From positions 81,656,486-81,710,127 of the forward strand of contig NC_068988.1 in NCBI RefSeq assembly GCF_001194135.2: a stretch of DNA of 53,642 nt, given 5' to 3'. The translations under genes were made by a program, and so were the position numbers. The notes under the pieces were generated by a model. The model saw only the letters and a list, made by a program, of their open reading frames with translations. It made no database searches and was not told the origin of the DNA. The DNA is from Octopus bimaculoides. Taxonomy: Eukaryota. Within the stretch, counting starts at the first letter, position 1. Every line of letters starts with the position of its first letter. Positions 1-11,437 of the stretch are shown in pieces.

Positions 1-103
1 AGCCTGGTGTTGCCATCCGGTTTCACCAGTCCTCAGTCAAATCGTCCAACCCATGCTAGCATGGAAAGCGGACGTTAAACGATGATGATGATGATGATGA
101 TGA
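1..103 (+). mobile_element. 3' tail of RTE-derived SINE / RTE 3'UTR repeat (family S2)
   Basis: Ends CCATGCTAGCATGGAAAGCGGACGTTAAAC(GAT)n; bases 1-80 are identical to 50620-50699; many other copies in the window. Confidence 0.85.
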
Positions 104-902
104 TATATATATATACTGATTGTAGACTATAGATGTATGTAGAAGGAGATTATAGTACATATGTATAAAAGCTGCTGCAAGAAAGCAGTATAGCTCAAAA
201 CAAACGGTAGTTAAGCTGCTGTATCATAGCCAGTAAATTATGTTGCATAATTATTCTGTATAATTGTTCTTCATATCAATCCTCTGTAGGTGTTGGTAAA
301 AATGCTGTCATCAGCAAATTATCAAATTCCAACATAAAATGAATGGGTGTGTACTATCTTGGTGAGACCCTGTGCTGTAGGAGCTACCACTTTCTCATGG
401 AGGGCACTGAGAAGCAGTGAATGCTGTATTTTTTATCATAGCATAAAAAATTTATGCACAGCAAAATTCGTTGTTGGATCGTTTCATTTCTTGAATAATT
501 ACAAATTCCATTGTGTTAGTAATAAGGAAGGTTCAATTTAGGACAGTAATGGTTTGAATGTTAATCATGCAACCAATAGCATCACAGAAATTCTCCATAG
601 TTTGCAGTTAGCTGTCACTATAGTAGAATGTAGCAGTTTAGTAGCAGACTGTTTTTTCCATGGAAAGCAAAAAAACTTTTGTTGCAAAATTTTTTAAAGG
701 AGTGTTGCTACAAAGAAATGTCACTGCAGTTTGCCATCACTCCACTAGCAAATTAACTGATGTTAGTTAGTGTTGGTGCAGTTGTCAAGGAATATTGAAT
801 ATAATGCAATCAAATCTGTGGGTTTGAGTTCAAATTGTTGGCACACCATCAACATCAATTTTATTTTAAAACAAGTGATTCAGTAAAGCTAGTTGTTATA
901 TA

Positions 903-1129
903 TACAAGGTAGTCGGGGCTGAAAAGTTCCTGGCTTTGGGTAAAAGAAAATACAGGAGGATCAGTTAATTATGATTTTATTCAACATAAATTTCCCTCTG
1001 AGTTTCATGCACTTATTGCAGTGGTCCTTCAGTTTTTCTAAGCCCTGTAAAAGAACTCAGAAGGTTGGGTTTCCAACCAGACTTTTTGCGATACTCTTAA
1101 AGCTAGGAGTTTTTCAGTACCTCCTCATA
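903..1129 (-). mobile_element. Mariner-derived MITE / internal deletion derivative
   Basis: Imperfect inverted ends (CTGAAAAGTTCCTGGCT vs AGCTAGGAGTTTTTCAG) flanked by TA; minus strand reads LQGLEKLKDHCNKCMKLRG, resembling a mariner transposase C-terminus. Confidence 0.8.
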
Positions 1130-1224
1130 TATAGAAGACTGAGAAGAGTGTAAATCTATACCAAATGTGCATAGCAAAATGTCAATAGTAAATATCTGTA
1201 TGTGTATAATTATCTTCATTATCA

Positions 1225-1447
1225 TCATCAATATTTAACATCCACTTTTCCATGTTGGCATGAGCCAGATGGAATTTACTGAGGCAGATTTTCTATAGCC
1301 AGGTACCCTTCTTATCATTAACCCTCATCTGTTTTCAAGTAAGGTAATATTTCCACACAGCTAGAAATATTTTCACAGAGGACCAGAAATGAACAGTACT
1401 GCTTGCATGACAGTGCTGTTCATTTACAATTATCACTTAATGTCAAG
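1225..1447 (-). mobile_element. SINE-like repeat with S2-type tail (family S3)
   Basis: TTTAACATCCACTTTTCCATG tail plus a body shared with 36110-36330 and 45320-45540. Confidence 0.65.
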
Positions 1448-1766
1448 GCTCATACAGCTGTGAGCAATCTGTTACCATAAAGGAAAACTGTAATTGTCAC
1501 TAAATATGACTAGGGAATTAGAACACCTACATTGCTAGAAATAAGAGCCGAAAAACTCTAATGCTGTAGTTAGAGCACCTAATTGTATGCCAGTTGAGAA
1601 AATGCTGGTCATATTTGTTTTCATTTTTGGTAACACATTGCATGCAGTTGTCTATATTAATTTATTGTATACACATTAGTGATTTGCAAAATCATCCATA
1701 GATTTTTATGGTGGATATATATGTACGGATGGAGAACTAAGCTGGAATCAACTAAATCGAGTGGTC

Positions 1767-1815
1767 CCTAGTGATGAAGCTACGGAATTAGCTAAAACTA
1801 ACCGATCAGTATAGG
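1767..1815 (+). ncRNA. Type I hammerhead ribozyme fold with two core substitutions (family D)
   Basis: CCTA / GTGATGA / AGCTA-CGGAAT-TAGCT / AAA / ACT-AACCGATC-AGT / A / TAGG: stems I, II and III all at canonical positions; C3>G and G12>A. Confidence 0.6.
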
Positions 1816-1857
1816 AAATTTCTCAACTGACATTTCCAGGTGATTACAGTCCCTGCC

Positions 1858-1899
<42 letters not shown>

Positions 1900-1903
<4 letters not shown>

Positions 1904-2570
1904 GATCGAATGCCATGCGTAAGTTTTATCTTAATAATTATGATGCACATTCTTATTCTATCTCTATTCTTTCGATTTATCTCCCTCTCTTGTACTTCTC
2001 TTTTTCTGTTTTCTCTCTCACCCTTTCCCAATTCTTCTCTTTTCCCCTTCACCATTCCCTTTCTCTCTGTGTCTCACTCCTCCTCCTTAACTCTCTCGTT
2101 GCTCACTTGTGACCAACGGCTATCCATCTTTCTTTCTTCCACTTCTTTCCTAAAGACAAGACATGCTTTTACCTGTCGATTCTCAAAGCTCGTTTTTCCA
2201 GTGTTCACCACTTCACATTGTCTTGGCTTCACAGCCCTCACCATTTGTTTTTACTGCTTTGTTCCCACTGTCCTGTTTTTGTTACCGCTTTAACCCTCCA
2301 CAAAAAATCCCAAATTTTATTTAATTTGCTTTGCGGGAAGGACTGTTTTAACGAAGTCGCGTCTTGTCCCTACCTTCAAAACACGGAGTAGATAAAACAG
2401 GGGACAACTGATGAAGGGAATGTTCTTTATGTTGCCTGTCTTGTTTCTTTCTTTATTTCTTTCATTGTTCGAAAAAAGTTCGTTTTCTCTGTTTTTTATG
2501 TTCTTGTTTCTCTTTTTGTTCACGTTTTTATTGATGTCCTGTACCCATATATGCATATATATATATATAC
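1900..2570 (+). mobile_element. Unclassified CpG-retaining repeat, possibly Penelope-derived
   Basis: Bounded by (TA)n and (ATAT)n tracts, retains CpGs and carries a permuted hammerhead-like motif; no clear ORF. Confidence 0.35.
2353..2414 (+). ncRNA. Circularly permuted hammerhead-like motif (family A)
   Basis: GAAGTCGCGTC followed by TTGTCCC (2364-2370) pairing with GGGACAA (2401-2407), directly followed by CTGATGA; stem II not resolved. Confidence 0.35.
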
Positions 2571-3169
2571 ATATATATGTAGGTATGTACATATATGTAT
2601 ATATGCATATACTTATATACTATATACNNNNNNNNNNNNNNNNNNNNNNNNNNNNNNNNNNNNNNNNNNNNNNNNNNNNNNNNNNNNNNNNNNNNNNNNN
2701 NNNNNNNNNNNNNNNNNNNNNNNNNNNNNNNNNNNNNNNNNNNNNNNNNNNNNNNNNNNNNNNNNNNNNNNNNNNNNNNNNNNNNNNNNNNNNNNNNNNN
2801 NNNNNNNNNNNNNNNNNNNNNNNNNNNNNNNNNNNNNNNNNNNNNNNNNNNNNNNNNNNNNNNNNNNNNNNNNNNNNNNNNNNNNNNNNNNNNNNNNNNN
2901 NNNNNNNNNNNNNNNNNNNNNNNNNNNNNNNNNNNNNNNNNNNNNNNNNNNNNNNNNNNNNNNNNNNNNNNNNNNNNNNNNNNNNNNNNNNNNNNNNNNN
3001 NNNNNNNNNNNNNNNNNNNNNNNNNNNNNNNNNNNNNNNNNNNNNNNNNNNNNNNNNNNNNNNNNNNNNNNNNNNNNNNNNNNNNNNNNNNNNNNNNNNN
3101 NNNNNNNNNNNNNNNNNNNNNNNNNNNNNNNNNNNNNNNNNNNNNNNNNNATTGATAGAATATGTATCA

Positions 3170-3269
3170 GGTTTAAAAATAAAGTACTGGAGTTGATTCA
3201 TTCAACTAAAAGAAGTTCTTCAAGGTGGTGCCCAGCATTGCCACAGCTTAATGACTAAAACAAGTAAAG

Positions 3270-3272
<3 letters not shown>
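3170..3272 (+). mobile_element. 3' part of tRNA-derived SINE (family S4)
   Basis: GGTGGTGCCCAGCATTGCCACAGC..ATGACTAAAACAAGTAAAGA matches the tail at 9885-9935 and the reverse copy at 51520-51580. Confidence 0.6.
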
Positions 3273-3334
<62 letters not shown>

Positions 3335-3339
3335 TAGAT

Positions 3340-4918
3340 GGGTATTGAATAAATGATAGCAGTTGTATACAAAGTCTATAAAAGTCTACAGTAGACTTCT
3401 ATATAAGAAATTTATAGTTGAAGTCTATAGCAGTGGAATTTGGCAAATATACACTGAAAACATTAGAAGCCATATAAAATAGTATAATATAAAATAGAGG
3501 CTGTAAACTACAGTAAATGTGTATAGTAGAAAACTAGAATAGACATATACAGAATACTATAAAATTTATGGTAGATATGAATAGAAAATAATAGTTCATG
3601 TGTCAAAGAAAAGAATGTATTAAGTGTGTGCAGAAGACAAATGAAGAAAATAAAACAGAAGATTATGGCAGATGCGTAGAGAAGGGAACTGTAACAGAAG
3701 GCCCATAGCTGATGAACACTATAGTACAAGTACTATAGAAAACTATAGTACAGGTTTTTAAAAGGAGGTGAGAGAAGATGCCTATTGGAAAATGCATAGT
3801 ATATTTCTTTGGAGAAAACTATAGAGGATATCCATAGAATTACATTGTAGTAGAAGAATAGTAGTAGAAATGCATAGACAATAGTATATCTATATAGTAA
3901 GTATATAATTAGTATATCTAAATAGGAGACATGTATAGATATAATTCATATATAGTATATCTAAGTAAGAGATATGTATAGATGGTATATCTAAATAGGA
4001 GATGTGTATAGAAGATTACAATAGGTAGCTATTGGGGAGTGCTATAGTGGATAGGTATAGAAGACCATCATAGATGTGTGTATAAGAGAACTACTGTAGA
4101 TATGTATGGAAAAAATGTAACAGTTGTGTTAAAATGTTTATAGTAGAATTATGTAGAACTGAAGTATATGAATATATGTAAATGGTGTAGAAGTCTATAG
4201 TAGATCTCTGTTGAAGACTATAACAGATGGTTGCAAAAGTTTATAGTAGATGTCTTTAGGCACCAAACACATATTATATACAGAAATGTCAATGCCACAG
4301 TACTTTTGAACATCACACATATATTATATATAAAAATTTCAGTACCACAGTACTATTAAACACCATACTATTACATATATATATTACATATCACATATAG
4401 TAATTTCAGTACCACAGTTCTATTAGACATTAAACGCATTTTAAATATATTTTCAGTACCATACCTCTCTCTATTTGACTCTATACACACACAACACTAA
4501 CACATATATTACATATAATAATTTAAACACTGTAGCACTATTAAATACAGTATACATGTTACATATATTTAGATGATAATAGTAAATTTCTATAGAAAAA
4601 GCTATAGAAGATAAATATATATAAAATTATAGTATCTGTGTAAGAAAACCTTTTGTAAGTGCACATAGAGACTTATAGTGGATGTCTATAAAAGACTACA
4701 GTAAATGTGTGTAGATGAAAAGTATGATGTCTTTAGAAGACAATAGTAGATATCTAGAGAAGAAAACTGTCATAGCTGAGAACAACAAACTATAGAAGGT
4801 ATAATTTCAATAAATTGAAATAAATTTTTTAAAAGCTACTTCATATAACCTAAGGCACACAAAAGCTGCATTTGACTGTGCATGGGAACATGCAAAATAT
4901 AGAAAACTGCTGCTACTG

Positions 4919-4920
<2 letters not shown>
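3340..4920. repeat. Degenerate TATAG/CTATAG-rich satellite-like tract with nested ~55-bp repeats (4265-4560)
   Basis: Recurrent (C)TATAG and TAGTAGA words; CAGTACCACAGTACTATTA-like unit repeated about 4 times. Confidence 0.6.
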
Positions 4921-4975
<55 letters not shown>

Positions 4976-5330
4976 CACAACAACAACAACTACTACTACT
5001 ACTACTACTACTACTACAATTATGATAACATCAAACAATAATAACAATGACAGCAATAATAAGAGTATAACAGTAGTAGTAGTAGTAGTAGTAGCAGCAG
5101 CAGCAGTAGCGGTAGTAGTTGTCTTAAAGAGAACAAAATGCATGAGGGAGATGAGAAGAATATATATATATATATATATATATTATAGATATAGATAGAT
5201 AGATAGATAGATAGATATGTAGGTATGTGTATATATATACATACACATTCTTTTATTCTTTGCCTGTCTCTCCACCTGTGTGTGTGTGCGTGTGTGTGTG
5301 TGTGTGTGCATACAGAAACACACACACATA
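4921..5330. repeat. Compound microsatellites (AAT, CAA, TAC, TAG, TA, GATA, TG)
   Basis: Direct reading. Confidence 0.95.
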
Positions 5331-5554
5331 TTCGTTTTATTTATTCTTTTATTATCAACCTCCATCATCAATACTATGAATGAATCACTTACACATGTCA
5401 CACACAGTTCACTACTTTGATCCATCTCAAACTTTTATATCTTTATATTATATAATAACCTGCTTCCTTCCACAGCCACAATCTCCTCTACCTCCCACCC
5501 CACCCCCACCTTCAGTCATCTCACCCTCTTTTCTTCTCCTAAGTATTCGCTTAC

Positions 5555-5657
5555 TCCCTTCCGTCATGGCTGGTCCTAACAGCTGTAACAAAACCTCCCA
5601 CAAAACCCCCATACAACACACACCAACAAAAGCAAGCCAGAGTTTAGAAACAACCAT
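5555..5657 (-). CDS. Candidate first coding exon portion encoding a signal-peptide-like N-terminus MVVSKLWLAFVGVCCMGVLWEVLLQLLGPAMTEG
   Basis: Acceptor TTACCTTACAG before 5728, upstream in-frame TAA, A at -3 and G at +4 of the ATG, phase-1 donor GGA|GTAAGC after 5555; the GT-rich strand biases towards hydrophobic codons. Confidence 0.35.
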
Positions 5658-5809
5658 AATAAGCCCTTTAAAAAAAGACAAAGCGTTCCTTCCCCCTCCA
5701 GCAAGTTAACAAACAGAGGGGATGTTTCCTGTAAGGTAATTCTACTCGATGCCATTTAATCTTGCAGCCCTTTCATCTTAAATGAGTAACGTTTGGTTAC
5801 TTGGTAGCA

Positions 5810-7446
5810 GCGATAGATGGTGGCGATACTGGTGATGGCGGTGGTGGTGATGGTGATGGTGGTAGTGGTTTTTAGTGGAGGTGGTGATGATGGTGGTGGT
5901 GATGGTGGTGATGGTAGTGGTGGTAGAGGTGGTGGTATATGATGGTGGTGATGNNNNNNNNNNNNNNNNNNNNNNNNNNNNNNNNNNNNNNNNNNNNNNN
6001 NNNNNNNNNNNNNNNNNNNNNNNNNNNNNNNNNNNNNNNNNNNNNNNNNNNNNNNNNNNNNNNNNNNNNNNNNNNNNNNNNNNNNNNNNNNNNNNNNNNN
6101 NNNNNNNNNNNNNNNNNNNNNNNNNNNNNNNNNNNNNNNNNNNNNNNNNNNNNNNNNNNNNNNNNNNNNNNNNNNNNNNNNNNNNNNNNNNNNNNNNNNN
6201 NNNNNNNNNNNNNNNNNNNNNNNNNNNNNNNNNNNNNNNNNNNNNNNNNNNNNNNNNNNNNNNNNNNNNNNNNNNNNNNNNNNNNNNNNNNNNNNNNNNN
6301 NNNNNNNNNNNNNNNNNNNNNNNNNNNNNNNNNNNNNNNNNNNNNNNNNNNNNNNNNNNNNNNNNNNNNNNNNNNNNNNNNNNNNNNNNNNNNNNNNNNN
6401 NNNNNNNNNNNNNNNNNNNNNNNNNNNNNNNNNNNNNNNNNNNNNNNNNNNNNNNNNNNNNNNNNNNNNNNNNNNNNNNNNNNNNNNNNNNNNNNNNNNN
6501 NNNNNNNNNNNNNNNNNNNNNNNNNNNNNNNNNNNNNNNNNNNNNNNNNNNNNNNNNNNNNNNNNNNNNNNNNNNNNNNNNNNNNNNNNNNNNNNNNNNN
6601 NNNNNNNNNNNNNNNNNNNNNNNNNNNNNNNNNNNNNNNNNNNNGGTGGTGGTGGTGGTGGTGGTGGTGGTAGTTGTGGTGGTAGTGATGGTGGTGGTGA
6701 AGTAGTGATGGTGGTGTTAGTGGTGGTGGTAATGGTGGTGATGGTAGTGTAGATGTTGGTGGTGATGGCAGTGCTGGTGATGGTAGTGGTGGTGACAGGG
6801 ATAATGGTGGTGGTGGTGGTGCAGTGCAAGTGGCAGTGGTGTAGTATGGTGCGGTAGTAGTATTTGTGGTAGTGGTGGAGATGGTGTGGTGGTTGTAGTG
6901 ATAAGTGTGTTGTTGGTGGCATTATATGAGTGGTGGTCGAGTGTGGTGACAGTGTCGTGAGGTAGTAGTTGTGCGGTGGTTATAGCACATGCTATGGTGC
7001 ATGATGCAGGGTGATAGTATTGTTACAGTGGCGTTTTTCAGTTTCATGTTGGATGATTAGAATGGTTAAAAGGGTTAGAAGGGTTAGAAGGGTTAGAAGG
7101 GTATGCGGCGGTGGGTAATGTTAGCTACTATTATGGGTAATGAGAGGATTTGGTGTTGGGTAGTTAATAGACAGGGGTGGTAGTAATGGTAGTAGTTATA
7201 GTGGAGATGGCGGTGGTGATGGTAGATTCGGTGGTAGCGTTGGTGGTGATTGTAGTAGTGGTGGTGCTGGTGGTAGTTTTGGTGATAGTGGTGATAGTGG
7301 TGGTGGTAATAGTGGCAGTGGTGATAGTGGTGGTGATAGTAACTGTAGTGGTTATGGTGTTGGTGTTAGAGATGGCTTCTATCTTTTGTCTACCACCATC
7401 GTCATCATCATAATAATCATCACCGCCACCAACATTGCTGCTGACG

Positions 7447-7530
<84 letters not shown>

Positions 7531-7907
7531 CCATCTCTTCAAGTTATAACGTTAATCTTCTTTTTCTTCTTCTTTCTCCTTCTTTTCCTCTATATCTATA
7601 TTTTTATTTCACTTCACATCTCTATTATTGTCTTTCCTTGATTTTTCTTTGAATTTTTCTCCAATGTTTTCTTCTCCAAATTTTGTTCTTCCTGCAAAAT
7701 GGAATTTTTTTTCTATCTTATTTCTAATTTTCTTTTCTTTTTTTTTAATTATTTCAATTCACCAAGCTACGATATTATTTTTAGCAGTGGCAACACACAC
7801 CAGCAGCAACAACAACAACAACAACAACAATAGTGGAACCATACGATTGTTGCAGCAGCAGCAGCAACAGCTGCAACAGCAACAACAACAAGTGAAGCAG
7901 CAACAGT

Positions 7908-7943
<36 letters not shown>

Positions 7944-8041
7944 AATGGCAATATACTATTGGCAGCAGCAGTAACTGCAACTACAACAACAGATGCGGCA
8001 GCAGCTGTAACAACAACTACAGTAACAATTATAACTATATC

Positions 8042-8072
<31 letters not shown>

Positions 8073-8225
8073 GAAGTAACATTGACTCTTACAACTACAC
8101 CATCATCATCATCGTCACTACCACTATCATCATCACCATCATAATCATTATCACTACCACCACCACTATCACCACCACTACATCATCACTACAATCTCCA
8201 CCACCACCACCACCATCATCACAAG
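5810..8225. repeat. Large low-complexity block: (GGT/GAT)n, (CAT)n, (CAA)n, including gap 5954-6644
   Basis: Direct reading. Confidence 0.9.
7057..7101 (+). repeat. Five 9-nt TTAGAAGGG-type units; canonical G-quadruplex motif
   Basis: GGG-TTAGAA-GGG-TTAGAA-GGG-TTAGAA-GGG at 7072-7101. Confidence 0.8.
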
Positions 8226-8419
8226 CAACAACAGTTACAGCTGTTCCATATCTGTTTCCTAAAGTAACAATAATGAGATTACACAAAGATGGCAGTAATT
8301 TTACAGCAGACATCTCAGGAAATAATGCATTTAGCCATTTTTGCTTTGTTGTTACACAACTTTGTTTAAAATTAGAGCTACTACTGCTTCTATCTATCTA
8401 TACTTTGTACCAACTCTAC

Positions 8420-9130
8420 CATACTCTGGAGCTACTGTATGCATGCCTGGGTATACACGGGAGCTACAGTTTATGCATCTGGGTAAACAATGGAATACTA
8501 TCTACACACTTGGGTATATAATGGAGTACTGCATGCACAACTGGGTATATATTGGAGTGCTACATACACTCTTGGGTATACACTAGAGGTATGGTTTATG
8601 CATTTGGGTATACATTTGAGTACTGCTGACACACCTGAGTAGACAGTGGAGCAGTGCATGCACACCTGTGTATTCATAATGTACTACATACTCACCTGGG
8701 TAATACACTGGTAAACTACATATGTAATAGAGTATACTGTAGCGTACTGCTGTGAGCAGAGTACTATTGTGGTGGTGGTAGTGTAGGCTCACACATCAGG
8801 GTGTCCATCTTAGTATTGCAATATACACTTGGGTATACACAGGTGTAGTGTATACACATCAGAGTATATGTTGGATTACTGCTTATGCACCTGGGTGTAC
8901 ATCATAGTATTGCATTCACACCATGATATACATCTTAGTATTCCAATATCCACCTGAGTAAATACTTAGTAAAATCTTAGTATTACAATACATTGCTGTG
9001 TATACATCATATTATTTTTTTAAAACTTGTGTACACATCACATTATTACATTTACATTTGGATATTATATACTGTAGTTCCCCTTACACACCAGGATATA
9101 CATTACAGTATTACATTCCCACCTGGGTAT
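8420..9130. repeat. Degenerate ~30-bp minisatellite (CTGGGTATACA..GAGTACTGCATACACA)
   Basis: (C/T)TGGGTATACA-like words recur at roughly 30-bp spacing. Confidence 0.7.
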
Positions 9131-9227
9131 AAATCATTGTATTGCATACACTTTTGTGAATATCTAGTTATTAATACCAAACCTAAAACTGTATTATTTA
9201 AATATTAGTCTGAACATACAGTAATAG

Positions 9228-9475
9228 CGAAGATGCATGACTTAGTGGTTTCGGTATTGGAGTCAGCATCATAAGATTGTGGTTTCGATTCCTGGACCAG
9301 GTGACATGCTGTGTTCTAAAGCAAAACACTTTATCTCATGTTGCTCCAGTCCACTCAGTTGGCAAAAGTAATGTTGTGATGGACTGGTGTCCCATCCAGG
9401 TGATGAATATATACATCCTGGAAATTGGGAAACCAGCCCTCATGAGTCTATATGATTCGGGAAGGATTTTTATCC
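9228..9475 (+). mobile_element. tRNA-derived SINE with CORE-like central region (family S5)
   Basis: A-box-like TGACTTAGTGG, B-box-like GGTTTCGATTCC, then GCAAAACACTTTATCTCATGTTGCTCCAGTCCACTCAG and TGTGATGGACTGGTGTCCCATCCAGG. Confidence 0.7.
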
Positions 9476-9539
9476 TATACAATAATAATGTTTATTGTCA
9501 AATAATAAAACATTATAGGTTTTATATGTAATATAAGTG

Positions 9540-9935
9540 TTGGAGTGGCTGTGTGGTAAACTTACTTACCAATCACATGGTTCTGGGTTCAGTCCCACTC
9601 TGTGGCACCTCAGGCAAGTATCTTCTGTGATAACCTTGGGCCGATCAAAGCCTTGTGAGTGGATTTGGTAGACAGAAACTGAAAGAAGCCTGTCGTATAT
9701 GTGTGTGTGTGTGTGTGTGTGTGTCTGTGTGTCTGTGTTTGTGCCCCCACCTCCACCATCGCTTGACAACTGATGTTCGTGTGTTTACGTCCCCGTAACT
9801 TAGCTGTTCGACAAAAAAGACTGATAGAATAAGTACTAGGCTTAGAAAGAACAAGTTCTGGGGTTGATTTTTTTCAACTCAAAGGCAGTGCTCCAGCATG
9901 GCCAGTCAAGATGATTGAAACAATTAAAAGAGTAA
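9540..9935 (+). mobile_element. Near full-length tRNA-derived SINE with internal (TG)n (family S4)
   Basis: Head TGGCTGTGTGGTAA..GGGTTCAGTCCC, tail GGCAGTGCTCCAGCATGGCCAGTCAAGATGATTGAAAC. Confidence 0.8.
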
Positions 9936-10459
9936 AGGAGTATAAGTGAATAAAACTTTATAACCGATAAATGTAAATGCTATAAGATTGGAGGGAATAT
10001 TTTTTTACTAAATTTTTATCAATTTGGTTATTTTGGGGTATGCTAAAAGAAAAAAAATGTTAAAACTCATGATAGAATCTATAAGAGATAGGTGCGAGAA
10101 AACTGATGCGTGGTTTGTAATAACATGGTGACTGTGTGTGTGTATGTGTTTATGTGTGTATGTGAGTGGATGTTTGTATATGTGCATATGTGTGTGCCAT
10201 CTGGAAAAATATTTGTGTATGACTTCATTGATGTTATATTAGACATTGAGTGACAATGTGATCATAAATTGATAAAGTGACAGAGTATCTAATGTGTCAA
10301 TTAATATGTGTAAGGAGTGAGATTTTTACACCAGCATGAACCTAAACCCAATCCCTATGCCCAACTTTACATGTGACTCCCTCTAAAGATTCCTGACAAA
10401 ACAATTAATCCTTTTTCTCTCAGAATGCCATCCTCCTTCCAGAATTCTCTCCTTGCTTT

Positions 10460-11437
10460 CTTTTTTTTTTTTTAAGCATTTGTTCATTACAAGGTCCTTA
10501 AACCACTGAAAACGTAAGAGCTACTAGAATAAAATGGACGCTAAACAGAAGTCAATAGGTGACGATGTACATTAGACTTAAAAGACTAGGGGTCATATTA
10601 AAGAGGAAAACAAGACTGTGGAAGGGAATTCGAAAGTTCAGAGGTGCAAGGGAAGAAACTGGTATTGTAAAGTGCTTTACGACACTTAGGAGGTTGCACA
10701 GTACACTGATGAGAACTGGATGCAAGTTTAGTTGATTGCTGATAAGTTCTTAAAGGAGGAACCAGAGAAGAGAGCTCAGCAGAACAATGTCCATGAAAAT
10801 ACTTATAGAAAAGAGACAAGGAAGCTACACGGCGATGATGAGAGTGAATCCAGTTTAGAAGATAGATCAGGACCAATAGCATTACAAATACAGTGTTGAA
10901 TGCAGTCCAACAGAGTTAAACAATCCGCAGGAGCACCTGCCCATATGTGACAACAGTACTCAATGCAGGGCAAATGGTGGACTTATAAAGATAAAGAATA
11001 GTCTCAGGGGTGAGATAACTTCCCGAACAAAGGAGTGAGCTTACCTTCATTGCAGCTGATTTGGCAATAGATACAATGTAAGCCCTCCAAGAAAAATCAT
11101 TACAGAAAGTCACTCCTAGGAGACAAAGAGACTGATGCTCAGGTAAGTCAATATCATCCACCAAAAGCGAAGGCAAGAAAGGATTAATTGAAGCGATTAA
11201 TTGAAAGGAGTTTAGTTTTCAATGGACTGAATGTTACAAGCCATTTCCTACCCAACTCAACAACAGATTGAAGATCATTCTCAAGATTAACAGTGATCTC
11301 AATCTTATCAAACAAGTCATCAGATTTGTCCAAACAGGAGTACAAAGTAGGGTCATCAGCATAGATTACTAGCTGACAGATGATATGATCAGGCAGATCA
11401 TTGATAAAAAGAAGAAAGAGTTGGGCCCAGGACAGAT
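10460..11437 (-). mobile_element. 5'-truncated CR1/Jockey-group LINE: RT C-terminal half, 3'UTR and poly(A)
   Basis: Minus strand SVLGPTL..INDLPD..IYADD (11352-11363), LGVTF..SWRAYI..AKSA, RRVASLSLFYKYFHG; T-run near 10460-10473 is the A-tail. Confidence 0.9.

Noticed and set aside
289-353. + strand acceptor followed by GVGKNAVISKL, resembling a P-loop
   Set aside because: Stops after 17 codons; lacks GK[ST] and any supporting exon
5380-5709. 109-aa + strand ORF
   Set aside because: Low-complexity P/S/T/K composition from a C/A-rich strand; no family similarity; overlaps the better-supported minus-strand exon candidate
10477-10513. 37-nt + strand exon-like segment with good splice sites
   Set aside because: The pyrimidine tract is the antisense poly(A) tail of the LINE at 10460-11437
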